Shown here one piece after another: positions 22,600 through 33,251 of a stretch of DNA of 60,229 bases. The stretch's first letter is position 1. Every line of letters begins with the position of its first letter. This DNA is from Patescibacteria group bacterium. Lineage in GTDB: Bacteria; Patescibacteriota; Patescibacteriia; JAXHNJ01. The notes under the pieces were generated by a model. It was not told where the DNA came from, did no database searches, and was given only the letters and a program-made list of their open reading frames with translations. The DNA lies in NCBI GenBank assembly GCA_034520665.1, contig JAXHNJ010000002.1, positions 1 through 60,229 on the forward strand, given 5' to 3'. A program made the translations under genes and the position numbers.

Positions 22600-24091
22600 A
22601 TCTTTAAATAACCTATTCAAACCTTCCCCTAAAGCCCACTGACGACGCTGCCTCACAAAAGGGGCGGTTTAGTCGTTGGCAGGTGGCAAAGCGGCGGCCC
22701 ACATTGCGGCAACATCTGGTTCATTGGCCACATTGCGTCATCGCTCGCGAGAAGTGCTGCGCAATAACGCCTATGCCAACAGTGCGATTGAATCGTTTGT
22801 GGCTAACGCTGATTTCGGCACGGGGATCGTGCCGCGTCTGGCAATTAAGCGATGCACAGACCAGAGAGAAAATACAAAACCTTTCGGGCGAGATGGGTTG
22901 ATGAATGTGATTGATTTACTGGATTAACGAGACTTTTACGGTTTGCAAACATTGGCTTGCCGTAGTGTGATGGAGTCTGGCGAGGTGCTGGTTCAACTTG
23001 TGCCTGCGCAAATTAAAGCATGCGGCGCTATTCCGTTGCAGTTACAGATTATAGAGGCAGATCGCCTGCTTGAAGAAGACAAAGTTCTCTCAAATGGACA
23101 TCAGATTCGTAATGGGTGTGGAGTTTGACAAACGTGGTAAACGCGTTGCTTATCACTTGTTGAAACAGCATCCTGGCGAAGGCGATAGCATGAGCCAAGA
23201 GGCAGTTCGCGTTCCAGTGGACAACGTGATTCATCTATTTAGAACGTTGCGCCCTGGGCAAGTGCGGGGCGTACTCCTGGCTTGCACCTGTTTTAAGCTT
23301 ATTGCACCAATCTGAGGAGTACAGAAGATGCCAGAGCTGACTCGCAAAAAGCTTGCCGCACATGTTGTGTGGTGCGATGGAACGTCTGGTCAGGAGATGA
23401 CTTTACGGAACCAAGTATCGGGTCTGATGCAGGGCGAAACTGACGATAATGTGGCGCTGCGCAACTTGAATCCTGTGGCTGGTTATTCAATTGCTTGATG
23501 GAGAAAACCCCTGAGCTAACCCAACCAGCGGATGTTGGGCCACGTCATGAGGCTTGGATCAAGCAACAGTTACGTGGCATGGCTGCGGGTATTGGTGTTA
23601 CGTACGAACAGTTATCAGGCGATCTGCGTGGGGTTAATTATTCCAGTATTCGTGCTGGGCTTTTAGAGTTCCGTCGTAAAGTCGAAAGCCTGCAATATCA
23701 TCATTATTCACCAGCTCTGTCGTCCTATTGCGCTCAAGCGGATGGATTATGCTGTTGCCAGTGGTGCACTCGCCATTCCAGATTATAAGGCCAACAAGCA
23801 GGCTGATCAAACTATTCATTGGCAGCCGCCCAAATGGGATTGGTAGATCCAGTCAAAGATTGCATGGCCGATGTGATGGCAGTGCGCGCGGGGTTTGAGT
23901 CGCGTGGTGATGTCGTTGCCCGTCGAGGCGAGGATGTTGAAACGCTGGATAACACTATCGCAGAAGACAAAGCGAGGAGCGAAGCATTTAACTTAATCTT
24001 TGACTCGGATGCATCACACACCGACCAAAAGGGAAGCATACAGACTTTAACTGAACGTATGACACAACATTTAATTAACGAGGAGGAATAG
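22600..24091 (+). pseudogene. lambda-family portal protein, fragmented (5' limit approximate)
   Basis: Translated pieces are LATLRHRSREVLRNNAYANSAIESFVAN..GTGIVP, GIGVTYEQLSGDL..VNYSSIRAG and W.PP.WDWVDPVKD..A....R.G, in several frames. Confidence 0.75.
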
Positions 24092-24890
24092 ATGCAAGAA
24101 CAACTTCATCTTTAACGATAACATAGGGTCCAATGGCATTACTGCCAAACAGCTTATTCATGACCTGGAGTCACTTGATAAAGCTGATAACATCACTGTT
24201 CGCATCATAGTCCGGGCGGTTGTGTATTTGATGGCTTGGCTATATATAATGCCTTGAATCGACATAAAGCGAAGATTGATGTTTATATAGATGGCATCGC
24301 ACTTCTATGAAGATGATTGCCATGGCGGGTGATAATATCTACATGGCTGAAAATGCTTTAATGATGATTCATAACCCGTTTACAAGTGTTCAGGCGATGC
24401 AAAAGAACTTCGCAAATCAGCGGATACTTTGGATAAAACAACGGATTCACTGGTTAAGGCTTATGTGCTAGCCAGCAATCAACCTGAGGAAAAAATTCAA
24501 AACTGGGATGAATGATGAAACCTGGTTTATGCACAAGAAGCGTTACATGTAGTTTATTCATCACATTACGCCAAGTAACAAAATGGTAGCGCAGTTTGAT
24601 GTTAGTGGGTTTAAAAATGTGCCTAAACAGATAGAAAAACTATCACATGACGGCACTCAACAAGAGAGGGAGCGTTGTCAAGCCATTGTGGCATTATGCG
24701 AACAGGTCAATATGGTAGATGCAGCAGCTAGGTTTATGTAAGCTTGGGCTTAATATTAGCCAAGCAAGAGAAAGACGATTCGATGTTGGCCAAGACACAA
24801 AATCTATCCATAATCATCATCATTTTATGAATGAGTCATCGAGTCCATTAATTGATGATGCAAAAAAACGAAACATAGGAGATGCGAAAT
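24092..24890 (+). pseudogene. ClpP/S49-type head maturation protease, fragmented
   Basis: SPGG.VFDGLAIYNALNRHKAKIDVYIDGIA, MAGDNIYMAENALMMIHNP and DETWF motifs lie in shifted frames. The ATG overlaps the portal stop. Confidence 0.7.
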
Positions 24891-25245
24891 GAATGAATTA
24901 CGTGAAGAAAAATACATCGGTGATGTATTGCACTGGGAAGAAGATGCCTATTTTAGCCGCTAAGTGGTAGAGATAAACCAGGAGGGTTTACCTATTGGTA
25001 GTTTGCTTGGACAAGTAACAGAAACGGGTCAGTGGGTTCCGCTCAAGCTTAATGGCGCAAATGATGGCAGCGAGCAAGCCAGAGCTATCGTGATTGCTGC
25101 AACAAAAAAAGAGAGCAAATATCTTATTATTGCTCGTCATGCCATTGCCAAAGAAACCGGTATTGTTTGGCCGCAAACCAAGTCAGAAACGATTGAAGTC
25201 ATTAAGCAACAACTAGAAGCCCGTGGCATTCTAGTTCGTCTGTAA
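24889..25245 (+). pseudogene. head decoration protein (gpD-like) with in-frame TAA at 24961-24963
   Basis: MNELREEKYIGDVLHWEEDAYFSR*VVEINQEGLPIGSLLGQVTETGQWVPL reads in one continuous frame interrupted by a single stop. Confidence 0.6.
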
Positions 25246-25258
25246 ACAGGAGAGTAGT

Positions 25259-26235
25259 ATGCAAAACCCATTCAACAATCCAGCCTTTGAAACAGCAACA
25301 TTAACAAAAGCCATTAACCTGCTGCCTAACAGTTATGGTCGATTACGAGAATTAAACTTGTTCCCTGAGAAGGGTGTCCGTGATAGAACGATTGTTGCTG
25401 AATTCAAACAAGGACAGCTCAATTTGTTACCCACAAAGCCTGTGGGGTCAGATGGAACCAAATATATTAATGCAAAGCGACATGTGCGTTCGTTTCACAT
25501 TCCTCATATTCCATTTGATGGTGAAATATTGCCAGATGAATATCAGAGTATCCGTGCGTTTGGTAGTGGTCTGAGCTAAGCCAGCTCGCACAGCTTATGA
25601 ATGACAAACGGCAAACCATGCGCAACAAACATGCGATCACATTAGAATATCAGCGGATGGGTGCATTAAAGGGCCAAGTTACCGACGCAGATGGCAGTCT
25701 TATCTACGACTGGTTTGATGAATTTGACATGAAGCAAAAATCTTTCAATTTTAAATTTATTTAAGACAGACGTTAAAAAACTTTGTCTTGATATTAAGCG
25801 TCATATCGAAGACAACTAAAGGGGAATACCATGACTTACGTGCATGTGCTTACCTCAAGCGAATTTTTTGATACGCTTACTGGTCATGCGCAGGTTAAAG
25901 AAGCTTATGAACGCTGGCAATCAGGCGCCATGTTACGTGATGACATGCGCAATCATTTTACCTTTGCAGGTATCACCTTTGAGGAATATCGTGCCTGTGT
26001 GAGTGATAGCAACGCGATCAAGCATTGATCCAGCCTGGCGAGGCCTCATGCTTTCCCTATGGGTACACAAAACACTTTTCAAACTGTCGCGCCCGTGACT
26101 TTCTGGAAACAGCAAATACCTTGGGTCAGGTAATATATGCCAAGCAAGAAGTCAAAAGTAGCTTTCAACGGCGTGCGCATTCATACACAATCCAACCCGC
26201 TGTCAATTTGTTATCGGCCTGGGGTGTTGGTTAAG
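25259..26235 (+). pseudogene. major capsid protein, lambda gpE family, fragmented
   Basis: Translated pieces are MQNPFNNPAFETATLTKAINLLPNSYGRLRELNLFPEKGV.., LEYQRMGALKGQVTDADGS.IYDWF and TFAGITFEEYR, across frames. Confidence 0.75.
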
Positions 26236-27321
26236 CTGGCAGGCGGATAAATTGATAAGACTTAGGTGTTAAGGGTTGGTGCAGGTCCTAGGCTGCCCAA
26301 GAAAGGGCTTGGTGTTGCTCATTAAAGATGTAATCTGTCCGGCAGTACGAACGGCTTCAGCGTCGTGCATAGTCTAAGGCATAACATATGGCATCTAAGA
26401 AACTTGTTGACTGCCTAGTGAGCCAGGCTGGCCAGATATATTTTTCAATAAGAATCTATACCGATCAACGGCGGTAGAGTTTTGGTCGGTCGCCATTGGT
26501 TTAGCTATAACATAACAATCAAGTTTTGTCGCCAATATAAGTTTCCCGCTTCAGATCAGTATGCGTCATTTCTCTGAACTGTGGGATTATCCAGTTAAGC
26601 ACTGCGTCAAACGGTAAGCACAGAAATGAATTTTTATTTTGAGGGACTAGATGAACCAGCTTAAGGGCTGGGCCTGCTGGAGCGTCAGCTTTGAGCATAC
26701 CCATAGTCGGGATGTTGTTATTATATTGCCAGATATGTAATCAACCAAATCACGTCCAGCACGATTGTTGCTGAATGCACATGTGCTGGCTTTGAGGTCC
26801 ACATCGTTGTGCGAAAAAGTGGCGAGCGTATTATTTTCCCATTTGCAGATTGTCGTTCATTGCTGGGATTGAAGCCACCAAAGATTAAAATAACATCTGA
26901 AAGCTTGCAACATAATCAGCATAGCCATGGTTGGCCATATATTCAACAATATTATCGCGAAGGTTCATTACAGGGATTGATCCAGGAAGGACTACAGTGC
27001 TGTCTATATGGGCAAATACTCATTTAAAACAAAAGAGACATTAATTCAAGGCAGAATTCTGTTTATATGCAGGATAAGCATGAACCCAACTTCATTTCCT
27101 GCAATGCACAAACTAAATAGCCTGCCTTGAGGAGCAGAATATCTTTTTGCTGTGTCGTGATATTTTCTCTTACTACCCTCTGGGTAGTGGGGTTTTGTCC
27201 TGGTGATTGGCTTCCTTGTCTCTGTATCAAGGCAACAATAACGAAACTATGCTTTTTGCGGCCATCGCAATAGCCAGTCATAGCTGCATCTTAGTGGCTT
27301 TATAGCTTGTAATTTGGACCT

Positions 27322-29604
27322 TTGGTGGGAAATTTCTTTCAAAATTCAATTATGGAGCACTTTACGGGAAATGCCTCTGAATGGTCAATTTATATTGGCT
27401 TAACTGGCTTGTTTTTTCTTTTGTTCTCTTTCTTTATTAGAAAGAAATATAAAAATTTAAAGTTTTGGCTTTTTGTTTTTCTTTTCTTTTTTATTATATC
27501 TTTAGGTCCCTTCCTCCATGTCCTTGGTACAATTAAGCCAAAAATTCCTCTGCCCTATTTATTTATTTACCATTATATTCCTTTTTTCAAAAACATAAGA
27601 TCTGTCGGCCGAGCCTTTATTTACGCTTCGCTGTCAATTTCTATAATCAGCGCCTTTGGTTTTTCTTATATTTTTCAAAAACTTAAAAACAAGCAAACAT
27701 TACTAAAAATTTGTTTTCTAATATTTTTTTCGATTATTATTATTGATTTTTGGGCCGTACCTAATACCACTTCCGTTGAGATTCCCGAGATCTACCATCA
27801 GATGGCCAAAGATAAATCAGATTATAAAATTCTTCTGCCAACTATAGATATAAGCCATGGCGTTGGCTCTATGTCAAAATATTATAAAACTCTGCACGGA
27901 AAAGATTATGTGGCCGGCTTTCACTTTGCCCGAGAAAATCCAGAACTTTTCAAAAAAGCCAACCGAACACCAGTAGTCAATAATCTAATTTATGCCTTGC
28001 CGTACGGTCGTCCTACCAATAGTTTTATAGAACAAGACATACCTCTTATCAGTAATAAAACACTTAATGAAAATAATATTAAATATATTATTCTCAATAA
28101 ACAATTTATCGGCAAAGATATTACACTTGATAATTGGGTAAAAATAAGAAATTTTATTGAAGATAATATTAAGGTAAAAAAAGTTATAAATGATAATCAT
28201 GGTCTGGCTTATAAAGTTTTGCCCTCAAAAAATAATGACATAGTAATTCTACAAAAAAATAACGGTTGGACTGATACTAGACTACTTAATACCGGCGAAT
28301 TTGTGGCTGATGCTTCAGAAAACAATCCAAGCTTATTAATCAATAATTATAGTGCAAATAATAAAAATATAGCACTTACTTTAAATATTCGTTCCAGTCA
28401 ACCAAATCGCAAAATCTCATTAAAACTAAATAATAATGAGATTAAAAATTTTGACCTAAGTCAAAAAAGATCAATTATAAAAACTTTAATTGAAAATATT
28501 AAACCAGGTGAAAATAGACTTGATTTTATATTAAAAGACAGCTTAGGCCAAAAAATTGAAATCTCAGAACATGACACTTTCACTCTAAGCTTAAACTATA
28601 AAGAATCTAAAAACTTTTCTTACCCCCAATACTACGATGATCTAGCCCGTATAATTTCAGATAATAATGTTATCCAAACTCCGCTTATTATTTATGATTC
28701 TAAAAATAATAATATTAGTAAAAATAATATTCTCAGATTAAATACACTTGAACAAGATGAGGCCTGTTCTTGTTTAAAAATAGATGATTATAGTAATTTT
28801 GATTCTTTAAAAGAAACTATCGCCACCAAAGACATTAATTATCAAAGAATAAATAGTCAGTTATGTTTAAAAAAATATAATATTAAATATATTATCATTA
28901 ATAAGGAATTTTTAAGTGCAAACGAATACAGTAATATGATCAGTTATATTGCCTATTCTATACCTTATAAAGAATTAATACATAACGATAATAAACTGCA
29001 AATCTATCAAATTCTTGAGCCAGATAGTAAAAATAAAACCTGGATCTCCAACTTTGAAAAAAATAATATAAATGAATGGGATAATTTCTATGGCTCTTTT
29101 AATGATATTACTATCACTAAAGACTCACACACAGGTAAACACTCGGCGCAAATAAACTTTCAACCAGGACAAAATTTCAATGGCTTAATTAAGCTATTCA
29201 ATACCCCAAAAATAGAAGCCTCTGTTGAAGGTTGGATAAAAGTCAAAAATTGGTCCGAAGGATTTGTTAGTATCTATTTTGATTTTATTAAAAACAAAGA
29301 TCACTTCTACAAGCCTAAGTTAATAGTAAACGACAGCTTTTATTTACCATACCATTATACCGGACATTTATACCATAATAATGAAAAAATTAATTTTCCG
29401 CATAATTTGCCAAATGAAAAATGGATAAAAATGAAATTAGAGATAAAAAACAGCCACCTGTATGTATATCAGGATGAAAAAGAAATATTAAAAATAAATA
29501 ATTATGTTCATTCCCCGCTTTATGGTTTTCGACTGGGTGTGGGAGGATGCTGCCCGGAATCTAATATTCAAATGCTAATTGATGACTTTAAAATAACCTA
29601 TTAA
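27322..29604 (+). CDS. 5'-truncated membrane protein with large extracytoplasmic region and C-terminal LamG/ConA-like domain
   Basis: The frame opens right after the TAA at 27310-27312 and has no ATG or RBS. The N-terminus reads like the middle of a polytopic (YfhO/GT-C-like) domain. There is an internal duplicated segment (IKYIILNKQF.. / IKYIIINKEF..). The C-terminal beta-rich domain ends ..LIDDFKITY. Confidence 0.6.
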   Translation: MVGNFFQNSIMEHFTGNASEWSIYIGLTGLFFLLFSFFIRKKYKNLKFWLFVFLFFFIISLGPFLHVLGTIKPKIPLPYLFIYHYIPFFKNIRSVGRAFIYASLSISIISAFGFSYIFQKLKNKQTLLKICFLIFFSIIIIDFWAVPNTTSVEIPEIYHQMAKDKSDYKILLPTIDISHGVGSMSKYYKTLHGKDYVAGFHFARENPELFKKANRTPVVNNLIYALPYGRPTNSFIEQDIPLISNKTLNENNIKYIILNKQFIGKDITLDNWVKIRNFIEDNIKVKKVINDNHGLAYKVLPSKNNDIVILQKNNGWTDTRLLNTGEFVADASENNPSLLINNYSANNKNIALTLNIRSSQPNRKISLKLNNNEIKNFDLSQKRSIIKTLIENIKPGENRLDFILKDSLGQKIEISEHDTFTLSLNYKESKNFSYPQYYDDLARIISDNNVIQTPLIIYDSKNNNISKNNILRLNTLEQDEACSCLKIDDYSNFDSLKETIATKDINYQRINSQLCLKKYNIKYIIINKEFLSANEYSNMISYIAYSIPYKELIHNDNKLQIYQILEPDSKNKTWISNFEKNNINEWDNFYGSFNDITITKDSHTGKHSAQINFQPGQNFNGLIKLFNTPKIEASVEGWIKVKNWSEGFVSIYFDFIKNKDHFYKPKLIVNDSFYLPYHYTGHLYHNNEKINFPHNLPNEKWIKMKLEIKNSHLYVYQDEKEILKINNYVHSPLYGFRLGVGGCCPESNIQMLIDDFKITY

Positions 29605-29627
29605 AAAATGAATAAAAATATGTATTT

Positions 29628-30050
29628 TTATTTTTTATCTATTTTCATTATTAAGTAAGAAACTAAAATTATTAATAACCCCAATAAAGCAGAAATTAAA
29701 AAACTTAAATTGCCAAGATCTCTGGTTTTATAATAAATTACTAATACTGAAATTAAAGTAATAATAATCACTGAAATATATTCTAAGATAATAGATTTTC
29801 GTGTTTTTTTAATTTCATTATCTTCAATAATCTTCTTATTTGAATCATTAAAACCAATAGCTAAGATACCGAAAACTATAACCAATAAAAGATGATAATT
29901 TAAATTATAAAATTTGGTTACAAAACCATCCGATAATAATTCAATTAAATAGTAAAGTAAATAAAAAATTAGAGAATTAACAAAAGCTACATAAATCAAT
30001 TTTTTTATAAATAATCTTTTTATTATTTTATTATCTTCCTCTAAATTCAT
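29628..30050 (-). CDS. small 4-TM membrane protein
   Basis: Intact ORF lying 9 nt downstream of the preceding gene in the same operon. Confidence 0.5.
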   Translation of the reverse strand: MNLEEDNKIIKRLFIKKLIYVAFVNSLIFYLLYYLIELLSDGFVTKFYNLNYHLLLVIVFGILAIGFNDSNKKIIEDNEIKKTRKSIILEYISVIIITLISVLVIYYKTRDLGNLSFLISALLGLLIILVSYLIMKIDKK

Positions 30051-30059
30051 GTTCTTAAA

Positions 30060-31577
30060 TTAAAATATCTTTTTAATTAGTGTTTTTAACCTATTAATTA
30101 CTGAATTAATATTTAAGGGCTGGCCTTCTAATTTCATTTTGATATAATCTATCTTTACTTGAGCATTATGACTATAAAGACCCGGCATTCTTAAATTAAA
30201 ATAAATTTTATCATCATATTTCATTAGATTATCCAAATTATAATTCTCTGAAATAATAATATCCCCAAAAGTATCTTTTGGTTGGTATTTTGCTAATACA
30301 TAATTTATTTCTTCCAAATTATTTTCAATGTCTTCGGTGGTATAATAAATATCTACTTGCGGCAAATAATCAAATTCTTCAAAAATAAAATCTTTGCCGG
30401 TTATATAAATATCTGCCTTGGCTAGAGAAAAAATGCTATTTTCGGTTAAATCTTCAAAATAGTATTCTTCATTGGCATTCTTTAGCCTTAGGTTTTGATT
30501 ATTATTTAAGTTTTTATTTAAATTTATTTTTTGATCTAAAGCATCTTCATGAATAGCTACAAAATTTATCCTCTCTGAATTAGTTTTTATATTTAATTCC
30601 TTAAATTCATTATCAGCAAAATACTCCGGACCATCAGCCAAAAAAATTTTACTATTAAAATAAAAATATTTTTGAAATGTTTTTAAATTGCCAAATAAAA
30701 TATCTTCATTGGCATCTATCTCAAGCCGATACAGACCGGTTTCAAGATTAGATTTATTAATCTCAAATTTTTGAATAGGCCCGTTTTCATTAGTAGCCTT
30801 GTCTTCTCCGTCATCTTTTATGGTCTGGGTATAAACCAGTTGATCCCCTAAATACATTCTAAAATTTAAGATATCACCATTGAATTTACGGTTTAAATCA
30901 ATTTTGTCAAAAGATAAACTGAATTTTTCGTTATCAATATAAGTATAGAGAGTGTGTGATCCTCTGAAATAGTGCTTTATTGTTCTGACCTTTTTACTTG
31001 ATTCATAGTTTGGAATATGATAAAAATTTCCTTTTGGTATTCCAATTATACCCACATTTTGATTTTCATCTTTTAAAAAATTATCAACCGATTGATATTG
31101 TTTTATTTTATTACTATCAATATTTGGTCTCTGCCATAATTTTAATTCATTTTCAGTGTTATTAATAAAAGGCCAATTCAAGTTGTCTAAAAACTTATTT
31201 CTGATTATTGCTCTATATTCCCCTTTTTCCACTCCACCCTGAGCTAAAAGTTCAATATCGGGCTGGGATATGTTATCCAGAAATATCTCCAAACTAACCT
31301 GATCAAAATTACGTAATAACTTGGCCGTGAATTTTAAATTATCTGTATTCTGATACCACTTTAATTCATTATCTTCATCTAATAATCCTTTAACACTATC
31401 ATTGGTATCTAAATTAATAATATTATTCTGGCCAATATCTTCTGGCTGCCAAGTATAGGTAACCGAACCGGTTAAAGCGTAGTTTTTGTTAACTAGCCAA
31501 AACAAAATTAAAAAGCCCAAAACCCCCAGGCTGATATTAATAAATTTTAAATAGTAATGGTATTTATTTTTGGTCAT
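30060..31577 (-). CDS. N-terminally anchored extracytoplasmic protein, unknown family
   Basis: 505 aa with a single N-terminal TM segment. It overlaps the upstream GT-C gene by 14 nt, suggesting translational coupling. Confidence 0.55.
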   Translation of the reverse strand: MTKNKYHYYLKFINISLGVLGFLILFWLVNKNYALTGSVTYTWQPEDIGQNNIINLDTNDSVKGLLDEDNELKWYQNTDNLKFTAKLLRNFDQVSLEIFLDNISQPDIELLAQGGVEKGEYRAIIRNKFLDNLNWPFINNTENELKLWQRPNIDSNKIKQYQSVDNFLKDENQNVGIIGIPKGNFYHIPNYESSKKVRTIKHYFRGSHTLYTYIDNEKFSLSFDKIDLNRKFNGDILNFRMYLGDQLVYTQTIKDDGEDKATNENGPIQKFEINKSNLETGLYRLEIDANEDILFGNLKTFQKYFYFNSKIFLADGPEYFADNEFKELNIKTNSERINFVAIHEDALDQKINLNKNLNNNQNLRLKNANEEYYFEDLTENSIFSLAKADIYITGKDFIFEEFDYLPQVDIYYTTEDIENNLEEINYVLAKYQPKDTFGDIIISENYNLDNLMKYDDKIYFNLRMPGLYSHNAQVKIDYIKMKLEGQPLNINSVINRLKTLIKKIF

Positions 31578-33171
31578 TTTTGGTTAACTGGTAGATTTCA
31601 TTATTTGGATCAATTTTTTCAAAACTTAAACGGTAAACCGATAAATTATTATTTACTTCATCGAGGTTTGAAGCTAAATTGCCGTCTAAATAGATAGGCG
31701 CTTTTTCGTATAACTGAGGCAATTTATTTTGAAGAGAAGCAGTTAATCTGGAGCCATTATAGCCAATCACTTGGCGGTCGGGAAAATAAAGCTTATCATT
31801 AGCTCCGGCTATTATAATAGCATTTTCCCCCGTATTTTCCAAGACATAATCAAGCTTATTATTACCTTCTTGACTTTTAGTAAATAACATGACCTTAAGA
31901 CCGTAGTAATCATCCAGAAAAATAATATAAATACTGCTAAAGATAATTAACGATAAAAGTAAAGTGGTAATAATTTTATTAAAACGGTATTTTCGAAAAA
32001 ACTTGAAAATAAAATAAACGGCCAAAGGCAGACAAAAAACATACAAAGGTAGCCAATAGCGGGCGTAAGATATACCAATTAAGGTGGTGCCCTGGCTGAT
32101 GAACTCGATGAATCTAAAACTACCGTAATAAATCATCAGCCAAACCGAGACCAATAAAAACCACAATGAATAGCTAAATATATTTTTATTTACCTCTTTC
32201 TTTATAAATTTTTTAATAACTATAACTAAGCCAAAAAAAGACAAACCAAACCAGAGAAACATTAAATAAAAAGAATAATCAAAAAAACGTTTCACAAATA
32301 AATCCGAGTTAAAACCAAAGGGTAAAAGTATTTTCATAAAATTCTTGGCACTCAAACCGCTTTCACTGCCAGAAGAAGCAGTAATATTTTTGGTATAACT
32401 GGTGGTTAAAGCCTGGCCAAAGGTCTGGTTTTGAAAATATAATAAAGGAGTCAATATTACTAAAAAACCAATGGCCGCTAATATCAAATATTTATAATTT
32501 AATTTTTTATAATTAAAACCTAAAATTATTACAGCTGATAATAAAATCCAGAAAATCTCTGAGGTGCGAGTGATCAGAGCTAGTCCCAAAAAAATACCAA
32601 AAAATAAATAGTTAAGCCAGCTTGAATTTTTAACCATTTTAATAAAAAAGTAAGCCGTGATAATTAAAAAAGCGACAAAGAGACCGTTATGCCAAAACGG
32701 CCGCATGGCATAAAAAACATAAACCGGCTGGATAAAAAGTAAGAGACTGGCTATAAAAGCAATTTTCTTGATAAAAATTTCTTTTAAAAACAAATAAAAG
32801 AAAAAAACGGCCACTGAGCCGATTAAAGGGCCCAGATAATAAATAATCCAAGAACCAAAAATCTTGCCAAAAAAACCATAGATCAAGGGCAAGCCCAGAA
32901 AAGAACCAGGCACTATATAGCCATGATGATAAGAGAAGCTTCTCGGCTTGACTAAACCATTAAACTCTTGATTTAACGGCTCCTGATATTTAAAATTAGT
33001 ATTTTCTATAAAATGCTTAGTAAAAAAGTGATTAAGGGTTTCGTCGGGCGAGGAGAATTTGTGGACATGATTAAAGGCGAAAAGTGAGTAAAATATAAAG
33101 AAAATTACTAATAAAAAAAATAATGCCGTAATAAGTATTTTATGCCCCTTTCTGTAAAATTTAGTTAACAT
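31564..33171 (-). CDS. GT-C fold glycosyltransferase (ArnT/PMT, GT39/GT83-like)
   Basis: 535 aa and polytopic, with an SPDE motif in the first predicted loop. Its size and topology are typical of polyprenyl-phosphate-sugar dependent transferases. Confidence 0.75.
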   Translation of the reverse strand: MLTKFYRKGHKILITALFFLLVIFFIFYSLFAFNHVHKFSSPDETLNHFFTKHFIENTNFKYQEPLNQEFNGLVKPRSFSYHHGYIVPGSFLGLPLIYGFFGKIFGSWIIYYLGPLIGSVAVFFFYLFLKEIFIKKIAFIASLLLFIQPVYVFYAMRPFWHNGLFVAFLIITAYFFIKMVKNSSWLNYLFFGIFLGLALITRTSEIFWILLSAVIILGFNYKKLNYKYLILAAIGFLVILTPLLYFQNQTFGQALTTSYTKNITASSGSESGLSAKNFMKILLPFGFNSDLFVKRFFDYSFYLMFLWFGLSFFGLVIVIKKFIKKEVNKNIFSYSLWFLLVSVWLMIYYGSFRFIEFISQGTTLIGISYARYWLPLYVFCLPLAVYFIFKFFRKYRFNKIITTLLLSLIIFSSIYIIFLDDYYGLKVMLFTKSQEGNNKLDYVLENTGENAIIIAGANDKLYFPDRQVIGYNGSRLTASLQNKLPQLYEKAPIYLDGNLASNLDEVNNNLSVYRLSFEKIDPNNEIYQLTKNDQK

Positions 33172-33198
33172 AAGGATATTATATCACTTTTATATTTG

Positions 33199-33227
33199 TT
33201 TACAAAATAACCATTTTCTGTTATATT
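33199..33227 (+). promoter_or_regulatory. candidate promoter of the + strand glycosyltransferase operon
   Basis: TTTACA, a 17-nt spacer, then TATATT. The -10 element ends 24 nt upstream of the ATG at 33252. In AT-rich DNA a chance match is plausible. Confidence 0.3.
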
Positions 33228-33251
33228 AGAGATAAATAAATTTATATATTT

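Larger units (their letters stand above)
8067..26240 (+). mobile_element. degraded lambdoid prophage / island integrated downstream of tRNA-Pro, truncated after the capsid gene
   Basis: The integrase lies next to the tRNA and the modules follow lambda-like order: repressor, replication, terminator, lysis, terminase, W, portal, protease, decoration, capsid. No tail genes and no attR copy of the tRNA 3' end were seen. Confidence 0.75.

Noticed and set aside
1-27310. Left-half gene breakage explained purely by homopolymer indel sequencing errors
   Set aside because: At least two disruptions are in-frame nonsense substitutions (21295-21297 and 24961-24963). The homopolymer-rich right half has no frameshifts, and breakage density differs strongly between neighbouring genes. 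Read-level inspection is still needed to exclude partial error contributions.
26240-27310. attR copy of the tRNA-Pro 3' end or tail genes marking the prophage right end
   Set aside because: By eye I found no repeat of the tRNA 3' segment (GATCCCTCTGCCCCG) and no recognisable protein fragments. The stretch remains unassigned degraded sequence.
27985-28200. Short antisense ORFs inside long AT-rich genes (also 38616..38825, 40326..40517, 43281..43487, 44811..45038, 50236..50493, 55219..55551, 57735..58016)
   Set aside because: They lie wholly within well-supported genes on the opposite strand and have low-complexity composition, as expected for chance ORFs in AT-rich DNA.
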